DNA of 60,929 nucleotides, counting the filler. It is 8 parts of 8 records of this genome, joined end to end, with 100 filler letters (N's around TTAATTAATTAA, not from the genome) between each part and the next. Parts side by side here need not be neighbours in the genome. Positions count along the whole stretch, not along the records: positions 45,153 to 55,193 come from SRR31156797_34970; positions 55,294 to 60,929 come from SRR31156797_34994; 6 more parts are not named here. One strand, given 5' to 3'. Shown here piece by piece: positions 47,452 to 57,659 of this stretch. Within the stretch, counting starts at the first letter, position 1. Each line of letters begins with the position of its first letter. The position numbers and the translations under genes are program-made. The notes beneath the pieces are model-generated. The model saw only the letters and a list, made by a program, of their open reading frames with translations, did no database searches and had not been told where the DNA came from.

Positions 47452-48182
47452 GTGCATCTCTAATTTAAGCTGATTGCAGTTTCTTTTTTGGCAAAGATCT
47501 TTTTCTGCGTACCCCGTACATTCAATTACTGCTAATGTCCGGTTGCCTTTGCTGTAAGCAAGGGCATTCACAATATTTTTTGCTGGTGGCCAGGCCAGTG
47601 CCCACTCGCCCCCAAGGCATCACCTTTCTCTGTCGTTTTCAACGGAAAGTTTCTTCTTCACTTCAATTCCAGATCCCTCATCCACCTCCTTAGTGGCAAT
47701 GATAGTGTGGCTCATCTGGCTTTCTCATCAAGCCTGCCTGAATCTTGTCCAAAGTACTTTTTTGTATGATCAAAAATGTTCATAGGAAACGGCCGTAGCG
47801 CTTTTTGTTTCGTCTCTGTAGCATTTAACATAAAATTCATCACGATTGGTTCAACAGCCATGTTGCTTTTAAGGCTGGTCTGTTAGAAGAGAGAATGGTT
47901 TATGGTAATGGAAATTACGATGTAATTTCAAAGTTTTCAGGCTGCTATCAATGATTGTTTTCAGTTCAAAACAGGATGTGTCAGAACAGCTCTTGTCTCT
48001 CTGATCGAGTTTTATTGAAAAGGCCAGGGATTGATATGAGCATTTTTACAAAAATACTATTCCTGCGTAAATATTGGAAGCCGACATTAACACTTTGAAA
48101 TGATAATTGCTTTTTTCGCCTCGTACTATAGAGTTGTTATAGGATTTGGTTTTTCTAATGAAATCAACTGGGAGGATAAGAG

Positions 48183-48548
48183 GTGAAAATACATGTGAAA
48201 CTATTTAGTCAGTTTTTTATGGTTTGTTCCTGTATCGTATCTATAGGATCTGTAGCGCCTGCTGTAGCGGTACCACAGCATCCCGAACTGATTGAACAAA
48301 AAATGTATATACCATGCTCCGAGTGTCATCAGAAAACCTCACCTGAAATTTTTACCCAGTGGTACGATTCTTCCCATGGGATAGCTATGGTTAAATGTTA
48401 CCAGTGTCATGGTACCTTTGAAACATTCAAAGTTATTCCCTCCCGTGCAGATTGTGCGGTTTGTCATGAGAAAATGACGAACAAGTGTCCTCAAGATAAA
48501 GATTGTTGGCAGTGCCACAGCGCTCATTCATTTCCTGTTAAGCAATAA
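48183..48548 (+). CDS. napM: Small tetraheme cytochrome c (NapM-like)
   Basis: Signal peptide; CSECH, CYQCH, CAVCH, CWQCH; directly upstream of napA; GGAGG RBS, GTG start. Confidence 0.75.
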   Translation: MKIHVKLFSQFFMVCSCIVSIGSVAPAVAVPQHPELIEQKMYIPCSECHQKTSPEIFTQWYDSSHGIAMVKCYQCHGTFETFKVIPSRADCAVCHEKMTNKCPQDKDCWQCHSAHSFPVKQ

Positions 48549-48629
48549 GGGAATAGGAGCTCATTGCACGACTTAACAACATCTATGTAAGAATATATTT
48601 CATATATTGATTTCAGGGAGGATGTACTA

Positions 48630-51017
48630 ATGATGCAGACCAGGAGAGACTTTCTAAAAACCACAGCTGCCCTTTCCGCAGCTTCAACAATTGGTATGCA
48701 GCTGTCGCTGAACAAAGGCAGTATTGCAAAGGCGGAAGAAGGTATTTCATGGCATCGAGGCAGTTGCAGGCTTTGCGGAGTCGGGTGCCGGTTGGAGTTG
48801 GGAGTAAAAAATGGTGTGCCCGTTGGTTTGCGCGGTGTTGCAGATGCCCGTACTAACTATGGTTACCTTTGCATGAAGGGTATGCATTTCTGGAAGTGCA
48901 TGCGCCATAAGGACAGATTGATTAAACCACTGTATCGTGAAAAAAAATCAGACAGTTTTAAAGAAATTTCCTGGGATAAAGCACTTGATATTGCAGCTGA
49001 AAAATTTGCTGATACTGTAACCAAATATGGTAACGACTCTGTGGCTTACTACGGTTCTGGTCAGTCTTTGACAGAGGAAACTTATCTTTTTCAGAAAATA
49101 ATGCGAGGTGGGCTGCAGACAAATAATGTGGAAGGGAATCCTCGGCTTTGCATGGCCAGCGCTGTGGGCGGTTACCTGACCTCGTTTGGTGCAGACGAAC
49201 CCATCGGCGGCTATGCGGATATTGAAAAGGCATCTTGTTTTTTTATCATCGGTTCCAATACTGCAGAAGCACATCCCGTACTTTTCCGCAGGCTGATGCG
49301 GCGTAAACTTGATAACCCAGAGGTAAAGGTAATCAATGCTGATCCTAGGTTTTCTCAAACCTCACGCATTGCTGATAAGCACCTGCAATTTAAGCCTGGC
49401 ACGGATCTTTCCCTGCTCAACGCCATGGCCAATGTGATTGTTGAAGAAAAACTCTATGATGAGGAGTTCTTTTCCAACTATGCTACTTTTCGCCAGGGAA
49501 AAGAAAAAAAGATTGTTTCCTTTGAAGATTTTAAACAGTTTGTAGCGCCTTATACTCCAGAGAAAGCTGCCAAAAAATGCGGAGGCAATATCACTGCCGA
49601 TGATATTCGGCAGGTGGCTCGCTGGTTTGCCACTTCTAAAGGAACCATGACCTTGTGGACAATGGGCATTAACCAGAGAAAACAGGGCGTTTGGGCTAAT
49701 AACCTTATTCATAATCTTCATATTCTTACCGGCCAGTTGCTCAAAGAAGGGGCCGACTCTCTATCCCTGACTGGACAACCAAACGCCTGTGGCGGGGTTC
49801 GTGAAGGTGGAGGCTTGTGCCATATTTTGCCTGGTCACCGTCCTGTAGCCAAAGAAAAACTTCGTAATCAGGTTGAAGAGGCTTGGGGGATACCCAAAGG
49901 AAGGATACCACCGAAACCAGGTCTGCATACCATGGCCATGTTCACCGCCATAAATGAAAAGAAGGTAAAGGCTATCTGGGTTAATTGTACAACTCCAGTA
50001 CAGAGCCTGCCGAACTGCGACCTGTATACTCAAGGTATGGCTAGTGATGATTGTTTTATGGTGTGTACGGATATTTTTCCAACCAGGACAACTGAACTCG
50101 CTAATCTAATTCTACCTACAGCGTTTCATTTCGAAAAAACAGGAGTGTATGGTTGCACGGAAAGGAGATCGCAGATCACGGTAAAGGCGGTGGATGCACC
50201 TGGCGATGCAAAACCTGAAGTGTGGATAGTGCGTGAATGGGCAAAAAAACTTGCTAAAAAACTCGATGACCCGGTTATTGCCCAGTGTGTGCAGCCATTT
50301 GATGGTTTGGAAGAAGATTATGCCCTCCCTAAAGCTATTTGGGATGAATATACTCAGAAATTGACTAAGAACAGGGATAATGATCTTCGCGGTGCCACCT
50401 ATGATGTAATGCAGCAGATGGCAGACGGTGTACAGTGGCCGGCCCCCACGGAAGCCTTTGCCCTTACAGGAGGAACCGTGAAAAAATTTGTCAAAGGGTC
50501 TGACCCGATGGCAGATACAGAGTCAAAAGACGATAAACCCTACCAGTTTTACGGTCCAGCCCATGCAGACCGAAAGCTCTGGATCTGGCTTCGTCCCCAG
50601 GCTGAACCTGCTGAAATCCCAGATGCGGAATATCCATTCTATCTTTCCACCGGCAGAATCATCGACCACTGGCATACCATGTCAATGACTGGGAGAGTGC
50701 CTGAGTTGTTACGAGCTAACCCTTATTCCTATGTGGAACTTAATCCCAAGGATGCCGCCAAGCTTGGAATAAAACCTGGTGATATGGTGGAAATTAAGTC
50801 ACGCCGGGGCGTTAATGTAATGCCGGCAAAGGTGTACGAAGGACCGATTGAAGGAATGGTGTTTGCTTACTGGCATGACCAGGACCAGAGTCGCATGATC
50901 AATAAGGTGACCAAGGATGCATATGATCCTGGATCAAAGGAACCAGAGTTTAAAATATGCGCGGTGCAGGTACGGAGAGTCTCTGGACCAAAACCGCTTA
51001 AGCCGTTTATTCTTTGA
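48630..51017 (+). CDS. napA: Periplasmic nitrate reductase catalytic subunit
   Basis: Tat signal TRRDFLK; CRLCGVGC..C [4Fe-4S]; GSGQ, RLCMASA, WTMGINQ, SLTGQPNACG, HWHTMSMT and SKEPEFK motifs. Confidence 0.93.
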   Translation: MMQTRRDFLKTTAALSAASTIGMQLSLNKGSIAKAEEGISWHRGSCRLCGVGCRLELGVKNGVPVGLRGVADARTNYGYLCMKGMHFWKCMRHKDRLIKPLYREKKSDSFKEISWDKALDIAAEKFADTVTKYGNDSVAYYGSGQSLTEETYLFQKIMRGGLQTNNVEGNPRLCMASAVGGYLTSFGADEPIGGYADIEKASCFFIIGSNTAEAHPVLFRRLMRRKLDNPEVKVINADPRFSQTSRIADKHLQFKPGTDLSLLNAMANVIVEEKLYDEEFFSNYATFRQGKEKKIVSFEDFKQFVAPYTPEKAAKKCGGNITADDIRQVARWFATSKGTMTLWTMGINQRKQGVWANNLIHNLHILTGQLLKEGADSLSLTGQPNACGGVREGGGLCHILPGHRPVAKEKLRNQVEEAWGIPKGRIPPKPGLHTMAMFTAINEKKVKAIWVNCTTPVQSLPNCDLYTQGMASDDCFMVCTDIFPTRTTELANLILPTAFHFEKTGVYGCTERRSQITVKAVDAPGDAKPEVWIVREWAKKLAKKLDDPVIAQCVQPFDGLEEDYALPKAIWDEYTQKLTKNRDNDLRGATYDVMQQMADGVQWPAPTEAFALTGGTVKKFVKGSDPMADTESKDDKPYQFYGPAHADRKLWIWLRPQAEPAEIPDAEYPFYLSTGRIIDHWHTMSMTGRVPELLRANPYSYVELNPKDAAKLGIKPGDMVEIKSRRGVNVMPAKVYEGPIEGMVFAYWHDQDQSRMINKVTKDAYDPGSKEPEFKICAVQVRRVSGPKPLKPFIL

Positions 51018-51130
51018 TTTTTTGATGAGGGCACGTAAAGGATTGTGCGCTTCGAGTTATGAGCCACATTAAACGTACAGGGCAAGAGTCATGGGTGACT
51101 TCTGCCCTGGATTGTTAAACAGGAAGAGCT

Positions 51131-51436
51131 ATGCCTATCGGTGGAGTAATAGTATCGATTCGTCCTCAAGAAAGTGTTGCAGCCTTGGCCGAACTTAATA
51201 ATTTGCCAGAGGTAGAGGTACATGGCGTTGATGAACAGAGCAATGTTGTAGTTGTTCTGGATACCTCAACCTCTGCTGACATGGAAGCGTTAATAAAGTC
51301 CCTGAATAAGAAACCGTGGGTCCTTCATGTAAGCCTCACCTATCTCAATGTTGAGGATGAGGCAGAAAAGATTGCCAGCGGTGACGATGTTCCCAGAGTT
51401 TTTGGCAGCCGCAAACACGAAAAAGAGCGGCAATGA
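51131..51436 (+). CDS. napD: NapD chaperone
   Basis: MPIGGVIV..LPEVEVHG..VVVLD; follows napA. Confidence 0.85.
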   Translation: MPIGGVIVSIRPQESVAALAELNNLPEVEVHGVDEQSNVVVVLDTSTSADMEALIKSLNKKPWVLHVSLTYLNVEDEAEKIASGDDVPRVFGSRKHEKERQ

Positions 51437-52020
51437 ACCGAAGATTTGTTCTTAAGTCTTTGGGGGCACTTGCAGGTGTCGTGCTGCTGCTGAAAGTGGA
51501 GGACAGTAGCGGTTCTTCGTTATTTCGTTCTCCTGTAGAGACTAACCACCTCCGGCCTCCAGGTGCTGTAAGCGAAGATTCTTTTGGAGGCACCTGTATT
51601 CGTTGTGGAAGGTGTGTGGAAGTCTGCCCATACAGATGCATCACACTGCTTGATATTCGTAATGGGGTGTATGCCGGGACACCATTGATAGATGTCCAGA
51701 ATATACCCTGTTATCTTTGTATGAAGTGTGTTGAGGTATGCCCCACTGGGGCATTAGTGAAGGTTAGTCAGCAGGCAACCCGTATGGGGACAGCCATTAT
51801 AAATAGGTTTACCTGTGCGGCGTGGTCAGGGACAACTCTCTGTCGGACATGTTACGATAAATGCCCATTTAAGGGGGCTGCCATCTATCTTGACCAGCTG
51901 AAACCCGTTGTTGTGGACCAGGCATGTACAGGCTGCGGTCTGTGCACCTATGCCTGCCCGGTTACAACCTCTGACGGCCTGAAGGCAATCAATATAGATC
52001 CTTCTTTTCAAAGGGCGTAA
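51433..52020 (+). CDS. napG: NapG ferredoxin-type protein
   Basis: Tat-like NRRFVLK, LRPPGA and four Cys cluster motifs. Confidence 0.85.
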   Translation: MNRRFVLKSLGALAGVVLLLKVEDSSGSSLFRSPVETNHLRPPGAVSEDSFGGTCIRCGRCVEVCPYRCITLLDIRNGVYAGTPLIDVQNIPCYLCMKCVEVCPTGALVKVSQQATRMGTAIINRFTCAAWSGTTLCRTCYDKCPFKGAAIYLDQLKPVVVDQACTGCGLCTYACPVTTSDGLKAINIDPSFQRA

Positions 52021-52034
52021 ACACGGTATAACAG

Positions 52035-52862
52035 GTGACTTTCAAAATAAAAAAGAGCTGGCGTTATAACGCGTTACGAAGGGGCATTCTAGGATGTTCC
52101 TTTCTCCTGGTCGTTGTTAACCCGTTGCTGGTCTTTTATTTTGATTTTTCGTTTATTCAAGGATGGTATCAATCTTTAGGTGTAGGGAATCTGTGGTTTG
52201 TTTCCCCCTTGGAGGGGATGGAACGTTTTCTTGTCACCCGTTCATTTCATGTACCTACTCTTATTGGTATGTCGCTGCCGCTCATCCTTGCCTTTCTCCT
52301 TGGCAGGGTTTTTTGTTCCTGGATCTGTCCTGTTACTTTTTTAAATGAACTCCTTGACGCTGTACGCAGGAAAATTTTTAAAAATAAACATCTCCAGGAC
52401 AGGCTGGTTTTGTCGAGGCAACTACTTTGGTACGCCCTTATCGGCGAGATTGTTTTGTCGATGATTATTGGTATGCCCCTTTTTGTTTTTATTTCACCCC
52501 CAGGACTTGTAGGCCGAGAAGCAATGATGCTTATTTTCTTTCATAAGGTGGCCTTGGAAGGTGTGGTGATTTTAGTCGTCTTGCTTTTGGAGCTGCTGAC
52601 CCGTAGAATGTATTGCCGATATTTTTGTCCTTTGGGGGCATTACTGGCTTTGGTCGGCAGTCGCCGCAAACTGCTTGTTACCCGCCAGGAACAAGAATGT
52701 ACAGAATGTCGTAGATGTGACTTAGTCTGCCCCATGGGTATCCTGCCCAGCAGCGGCGAATCAGTTACGGCCTATTGCTGGAACTGCGGCGAATGTGTTG
52801 ACTGTTGCAAGGAGGGTGCTCTAGCCTTTACTTGGCGCGGGTCAATATCCTCATCCCACTAA
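52035..52862 (+). CDS. napH: NapH quinol dehydrogenase membrane subunit
   Basis: GRVFCSWICP, YCRYFCPLG and two CxxCxxCxxxC motifs. Confidence 0.87.
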   Translation: MTFKIKKSWRYNALRRGILGCSFLLVVVNPLLVFYFDFSFIQGWYQSLGVGNLWFVSPLEGMERFLVTRSFHVPTLIGMSLPLILAFLLGRVFCSWICPVTFLNELLDAVRRKIFKNKHLQDRLVLSRQLLWYALIGEIVLSMIIGMPLFVFISPPGLVGREAMMLIFFHKVALEGVVILVVLLLELLTRRMYCRYFCPLGALLALVGSRRKLLVTRQEQECTECRRCDLVCPMGILPSSGESVTAYCWNCGECVDCCKEGALAFTWRGSISSSH

Positions 52863-53021
52863 CTGTTTTGTTTTATCCGTTCTAATACGTTTGTTGTATT
52901 TTTGAAAATTAGTACCCCGCTAGAATAGCAAGTTACACTTTATTCTTGGCTTGTCGGCTGGCTGTGCGTACAGTATAGGCATTGGAAAAAATGAGTCGCA
53001 TACGATAAGAGGCTGGAAATA

Positions 53022-54245
53022 ATGAATAGAAAGCTTGTGATAGTAATGGCAGGGCTGCCTGCCCGCGGTAAGTCGACCATGGCGCGTAAGTTAAGCCGTA
53101 CCTTGGAACTTGATGGGGTAAAGAGTGCAATTTTTAATAATGGTGACCTTCGTCGAAGGATGAGTGAAGAGAATACTTCGTCCTCAATCTTTTTTTCACC
53201 TGGGAATCCTGAAGGTGTTGCCTTTAGAGAAAAAATTTCCTCGATTAATATTGAAAATGCCCATAAATTTTTACGCAGGGACGGTTGTGTTGCCATTTTA
53301 GATGCGAGTAATGTAAGCCGTAAACGACGACAAAAAATTCGAAATACGTTCCCAGAGACACCATTGCTGTTCATAGAGTGTATGAATGCTGATGCTGAAG
53401 CTTTGGAGGCCAACCTGGAACGAAAAGCAGGGCTGAACGAATTCAAGCATCGGTCTAAAGAAGACGCGATGTCAAGTTTTTTGAAACGGATTAAATACTA
53501 TGAATCGATCTATGAGCCTCTGGATGTAGAACCTAACCGGATTCTGGTTGACTCGTTTGAAAGCTGTATTCTACAGGAACAGGCCAACTACGAAGTACCT
53601 TATTATGATCGTATTCGGGATATTCTAACCACCAGAGTGGTGCGCAACCTCTTTCTGGTTCGCCATGGAGAGACTTTTTTTAATGTGGAAGACCGGATTG
53701 GTGGTAACAGTGAGCTTACAGAAAAAGGGTTTGAACAAGCCAGGTCTCTAGCTGAACATTTTGCCACCCAGCGCATTCCCATCATTTTTACTTCAAATTA
53801 TAAGCGAACCCTACAGACAGCAGAAACTATAAGGGAACGTCAAGATTATTGTTCCATTATTGCTTTACCAGAATTTAATGAAATTCATGGTGGTATTTGT
53901 GAAGGGATGACCTACAAGCAGATCGGCGAAGATATGCCACATATTGCCAGGGCAAGAGGGTTAAATAAATATAATTATATCTATCCCGAGGGCGAGGGGT
54001 ATAAGAGCATGGAAGAGCGGGTGCATCGTGGCCTTAAAAAGGTGTTTTATCTAAATAATTATGATGAAAATATCATGATTGTTGGGCATCGGGCTGTGAA
54101 TAGGGTGATCCTTTCCAAATTTCTTTCACGCCAGGAGAAAGAAATACCCTATATCTATATGCCGCAAAATCGTTATTACCATATTCAGATAAACCCGCAT
54201 AAACGAGTTTTTGAACTTGTTCCTTACCATACCGCGTCCGGTTGA
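53022..54245 (+). CDS. Bifunctional 6-phosphofructo-2-kinase/fructose-2,6-bisphosphatase-like protein
   Basis: Kinase half MAGLPARGKS, FNNGDLRR, AILDASN, RIKYY..YEPL; phosphatase half LVRHGE, RIGG, TS..RT.QTA, YPEGE.Y, GH.AV.R. Confidence 0.87.
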   Translation: MNRKLVIVMAGLPARGKSTMARKLSRTLELDGVKSAIFNNGDLRRRMSEENTSSSIFFSPGNPEGVAFREKISSINIENAHKFLRRDGCVAILDASNVSRKRRQKIRNTFPETPLLFIECMNADAEALEANLERKAGLNEFKHRSKEDAMSSFLKRIKYYESIYEPLDVEPNRILVDSFESCILQEQANYEVPYYDRIRDILTTRVVRNLFLVRHGETFFNVEDRIGGNSELTEKGFEQARSLAEHFATQRIPIIFTSNYKRTLQTAETIRERQDYCSIIALPEFNEIHGGICEGMTYKQIGEDMPHIARARGLNKYNYIYPEGEGYKSMEERVHRGLKKVFYLNNYDENIMIVGHRAVNRVILSKFLSRQEKEIPYIYMPQNRYYHIQINPHKRVFELVPYHTASG

Positions 54246-54308
54246 GAGCTGAAGACAGCTTGATTTTTTTTTAGCAAGCTGTCGGTGAGTCCGGCGAGCC
54301 GTTCTTTG

Positions 54309-54659
54309 TTACTGTAGGGAGGTTGTGTCGCCTTTTTCTACCCGGTGGCACATACCGTGTTTTTCCTCTTTTTCGGCAATGATGCTCTTGGCTTCCTCCT
54401 CGCTGATACCCAGCGAATTTGCCAGCTGTGATAATGAATAACAGGGTGCCCCGTCTTTGCCATAGCCAAGCGGATCCAGCTCTGGAAAACTCTCCACCGT
54501 TGCATGGGCGGATGCCTGTTTGAGCATCTCCTGTATTTCCTGAGGGCCATAGATAAGGAGCCATTCAACGGCTTCAGCCCATACCTTACTGTCAACTGTT
54601 GGATGGTTGAGGATCTCCATTGCTGTCTCAGTATCCCATTCCTGCCTGAAGTGTGTCAT
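54309..54659 (-). CDS. Conserved-looking hypothetical protein
   Basis: 116-aa ORF with AAGGA RBS; no assignable family. Confidence 0.65.
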   Translation of the reverse strand: MTHFRQEWDTETAMEILNHPTVDSKVWAEAVEWLLIYGPQEIQEMLKQASAHATVESFPELDPLGYGKDGAPCYSLSQLANSLGISEEEAKSIIAEKEEKHGMCHRVEKGDTTSLQ

Positions 54660-54917
54660 AACGCTATTCCTTAAAAATATTTTGGTACCTTGTGCGTCCT
54701 ATACTATACTGAAAGGAGTTGTCATAACAACCCCTGCATATGATGATTTTGGGTCAACCAACATCAACCGTTGCAATAAATACTATCGGAGCAACAAGGG
54801 CAAGCTCTGAGTGCTTTCCTAGTAAAAGGTTATATTTTATTTGCTGATGCTGAAATTAAGAGAGAGCCTTTGTGGGCTGGGACGAGTTCAATAGAACCTT
54901 AGCGAGGGGAAATATTC

Positions 54918-55193
54918 ATGGAAGCAAGCAAACTTGTTTTTTTAGAATCACTGGAATGGTTTGATGAGTCTGGGGAGGCACTGCTGCACCGTTTACCTGA
55001 AAAAGGTTCAGGTGAGATTAAGTTCGGTGCCCAGTTAACCGTACGTGAAAATCAGGCTGCGGTAATGTTTTATAAGGGACGAGCCTGCGATGCATTTCCA
55101 CCTGGTCGGCATACTTTGAAGACTGGGAATATTCCGATTCTTACTAAAATACTGTCCCTCCCGTGGGGGATGACCAGCCCCCTGCGGGCCGAA
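54918..55193 (+). CDS. SPFH/band-7-like (YdjI-type) protein, 3'-truncated
   Basis: IKFGAQLTVRENQ.AV...G...PGRHTL.T.NIPILT. Confidence 0.8.
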
Positions 55194-55293
55194 NNNNNNN
55201 NNNNNNNNNNNNNNNNNNNNNNNNNNNNNNNNNNNNNTTAATTAATTAANNNNNNNNNNNNNNNNNNNNNNNNNNNNNNNNNNNNNNNNNNNN
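55194..55293. other. Artificial contig linker
   Basis: N-run with TTAATTAATTAA. Confidence 0.98.
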
Positions 55294-56488
55294 TGTCGCG
55301 GGCGGTCCACTTTTTACCGCGGAATCGGAAGAGTTTGGAGATGTGGAACATCTTGTGCTCGACGAAGCGGAACTTACCCTGCCGCTGTTTCTTGAGGACC
55401 TGAAAAACGGCCGCCCGAAAAAGATTTACAGGGCGTCCGGCTTCTGCGACCTTCGCAGCACCCCCATCCCCCTATGGCGTTTGATAAGCATAAAGAAATA
55501 TGCATCCTTGAGCCTTCAGTTTTCAAGAGGATGCCCGTTCAACTGCGAGTTTTGCAACGTAACCATTCTTTTCGGTCATCGGGCGCGCGTGAAAACATCC
55601 CAACAGATTATCGCGGAACTGGATTATTTTTATGATGCCGGTTGGCGCGCTAGTATTTTTTTTGTTGACGATAATTTTATCGGAAACAAGCAATACCTGA
55701 AAACACAATTGCTGCCGGCCCTGATCGAATGGCGTAAAGGTAAAAAGGGATGCGTTTTCTTTACGGAAGCTTCGATCAATCTTTCCGACGACCCGGATCT
55801 CCTGGATATGATGGTTGAGGCCGGATTCGATTCCGTTTTTATAGGTATTGAATCGCCTGATGAGGCCTGTCTCACGGAATGCCGGAAAACTCAGAACAAA
55901 AACCGGGATCTTCTTCATAGTATCAAAACGATCCACCGTGCCGGAATACAGGTGATGGGCGGATTTATAGTCGGTTTCGACAGCGATACGCCGTCCATTT
56001 TCCAGCGGCAGATCGATTTCATTCAGAAAAGCGGAATCGTAACCGCAATGGTTGGAATGCTGCAAGCCGCCCCGGGTACACGGCTCTATGCACGACTTCA
56101 AAAGGAAAACCGTCTGGTTCGCGGGTTTTCCGGAGATAATGTCGATGGGAGCACCAATATCATCCCCCAAATGGGACTGGATAGGCTTGAAGAAGGGTAT
56201 CGATCGATCATGAAACATATCTATTCTCCCAATAACTACTACCGGCGGGTCATACAATTTCTTAAGGAACTCAAGACGCCCGATATCACGGCGCCTATGG
56301 ATGTCCAGCGATTCCTGGCCTTCTTCCGATCCATTATTTTGCTTGGCGTCTGGGGCAAAGAACGTCTCCATTTCTGGCAATTACTATTCTGGACTCTGTT
56401 CCGTAAGCCCAGGCTGTTACCGATGGCCGTCACTCTTGCCATATACGGCCATCACTACCGGAAAATATGCGATTTATATGTTCCATAG
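55294..56488 (+). CDS. B12-binding radical SAM protein with DUF4070-type C-terminus, 5'-truncated
   Basis: AGGPLFT, QFSRGCPFNCEFC, FVDDNFIGN and GGFIVGFDSD motifs. Confidence 0.85.
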
Positions 56489-56612
56489 GCATGATTGCAT
56501 GCCGATCGCCTGTGGGATTGAAAAGTTTTGGTACGAAAATGATTCACCAATCTGGGAAGTTGACCACAATTCATGAGAGCCATGAATGTTTGGCCGCAAA
56601 AGGAGTTAAACT

Positions 56613-57659
56613 ATGCCCGAATGGAATCAATCCCCATTGGGACCGCCGCAGTCTTTGGATGACATAATTGAGAATATTCGATTGAAGTTCGGTGGGTTCA
56701 AAAGCAGTTCGATCCTTATTTTCGCCGCCGTCGCGGGTGTGGCGATTATCTTCTGGACAGCCTGGTTCACCGTCCAGCCCGAAGAAACGGGAATTGTGCA
56801 GCGCTTTGGAAAAGTCATGCGCACGGCCGGCCCGGGATTGCATTTCAAACTGCCTTTCGGTATCGAAACGATCCGCCTGTTACCCACGGCCCGCGTCCTC
56901 AAAGAAGAGTTCGGCTTCCGGACGGTGGCCTCTATTCCCGGTGAGAAGACGAGGTATGATCCGAGCGGTTCCTATAAGGACGAGTCGCTGATGCTGACCG
57001 GAGATTTGAACGTTATCGATGTCCAGTGGATCATCCAGTACCGCATCGAAGACCCAATCCGTTATTTGTTCCAGGTACGCAACACGCCGAAAACGATTCG
57101 GGATACCACTGAAGCTATCATGCGTCGGGCGGTGGGCAATCGCCTCGGCAGCGAGGTGTTGACAACCGGCCGGGTGGCCGTGGCAATAGAGGCGAAAAAC
57201 GAAATCCAGAAAGTTCTGACGGCTTATGAATCAGGAGTGCGTTTGGTTACAGTGGAACTTCAGGATGTGACCCCGCCGGATACCGTAAAACCGGCTTTCA
57301 ATGAAGTAAACGAGTCGCGCCAGGACAGGGAACGAACGATCAATAAGGCCCAGGAGCAAGCTAATCGGGAAATTCCAAAAGCCCGGGGAGTGGCTACGCA
57401 AAGGATCAGCGAGGCTGAAGGATACGCCCTTGAGCGCGTCAACCGGGCCGAAGGCGAGGCTACCCGTTTCAAGGCCATTTTGGGTCAATACCAAGGGGCG
57501 CCGCAGGTCACACGCAGACGACTGTACCTTGAGGCGATGTCGATTTTTCTGACGAATATGAAGGGACTCTATATTGTGGATAAAGATCAGAAGGCCATGG
57601 TGCCGTGGCTCCCGATCGAGTCCGGTAAGCAACCATCAGCTAAAGGGAGCCAGCCATGA
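56613..57659 (+). CDS. hflK: FtsH modulator HflK
   Basis: TM anchor; RFG, PGLHFKLP, MLTGDLN, PP..V..AFNEV, A.GEA.RF and VTRRRLYLE motifs; AGGAG RBS. Confidence 0.9.
   Translation: MPEWNQSPLGPPQSLDDIIENIRLKFGGFKSSSILIFAAVAGVAIIFWTAWFTVQPEETGIVQRFGKVMRTAGPGLHFKLPFGIETIRLLPTARVLKEEFGFRTVASIPGEKTRYDPSGSYKDESLMLTGDLNVIDVQWIIQYRIEDPIRYLFQVRNTPKTIRDTTEAIMRRAVGNRLGSEVLTTGRVAVAIEAKNEIQKVLTAYESGVRLVTVELQDVTPPDTVKPAFNEVNESRQDRERTINKAQEQANREIPKARGVATQRISEAEGYALERVNRAEGEATRFKAILGQYQGAPQVTRRRLYLEAMSIFLTNMKGLYIVDKDQKAMVPWLPIESGKQPSAKGSQP

Noticed and set aside
55294-56488. Hopanoid methylase HpnP call
   Set aside because: Same broad family, but no hopanoid genes in context and family membership alone is not diagnostic.
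56486-56545. Sigma-54 promoter upstream of hflK
   Set aside because: GG and GC are not at the required GG-N10-GC spacing.
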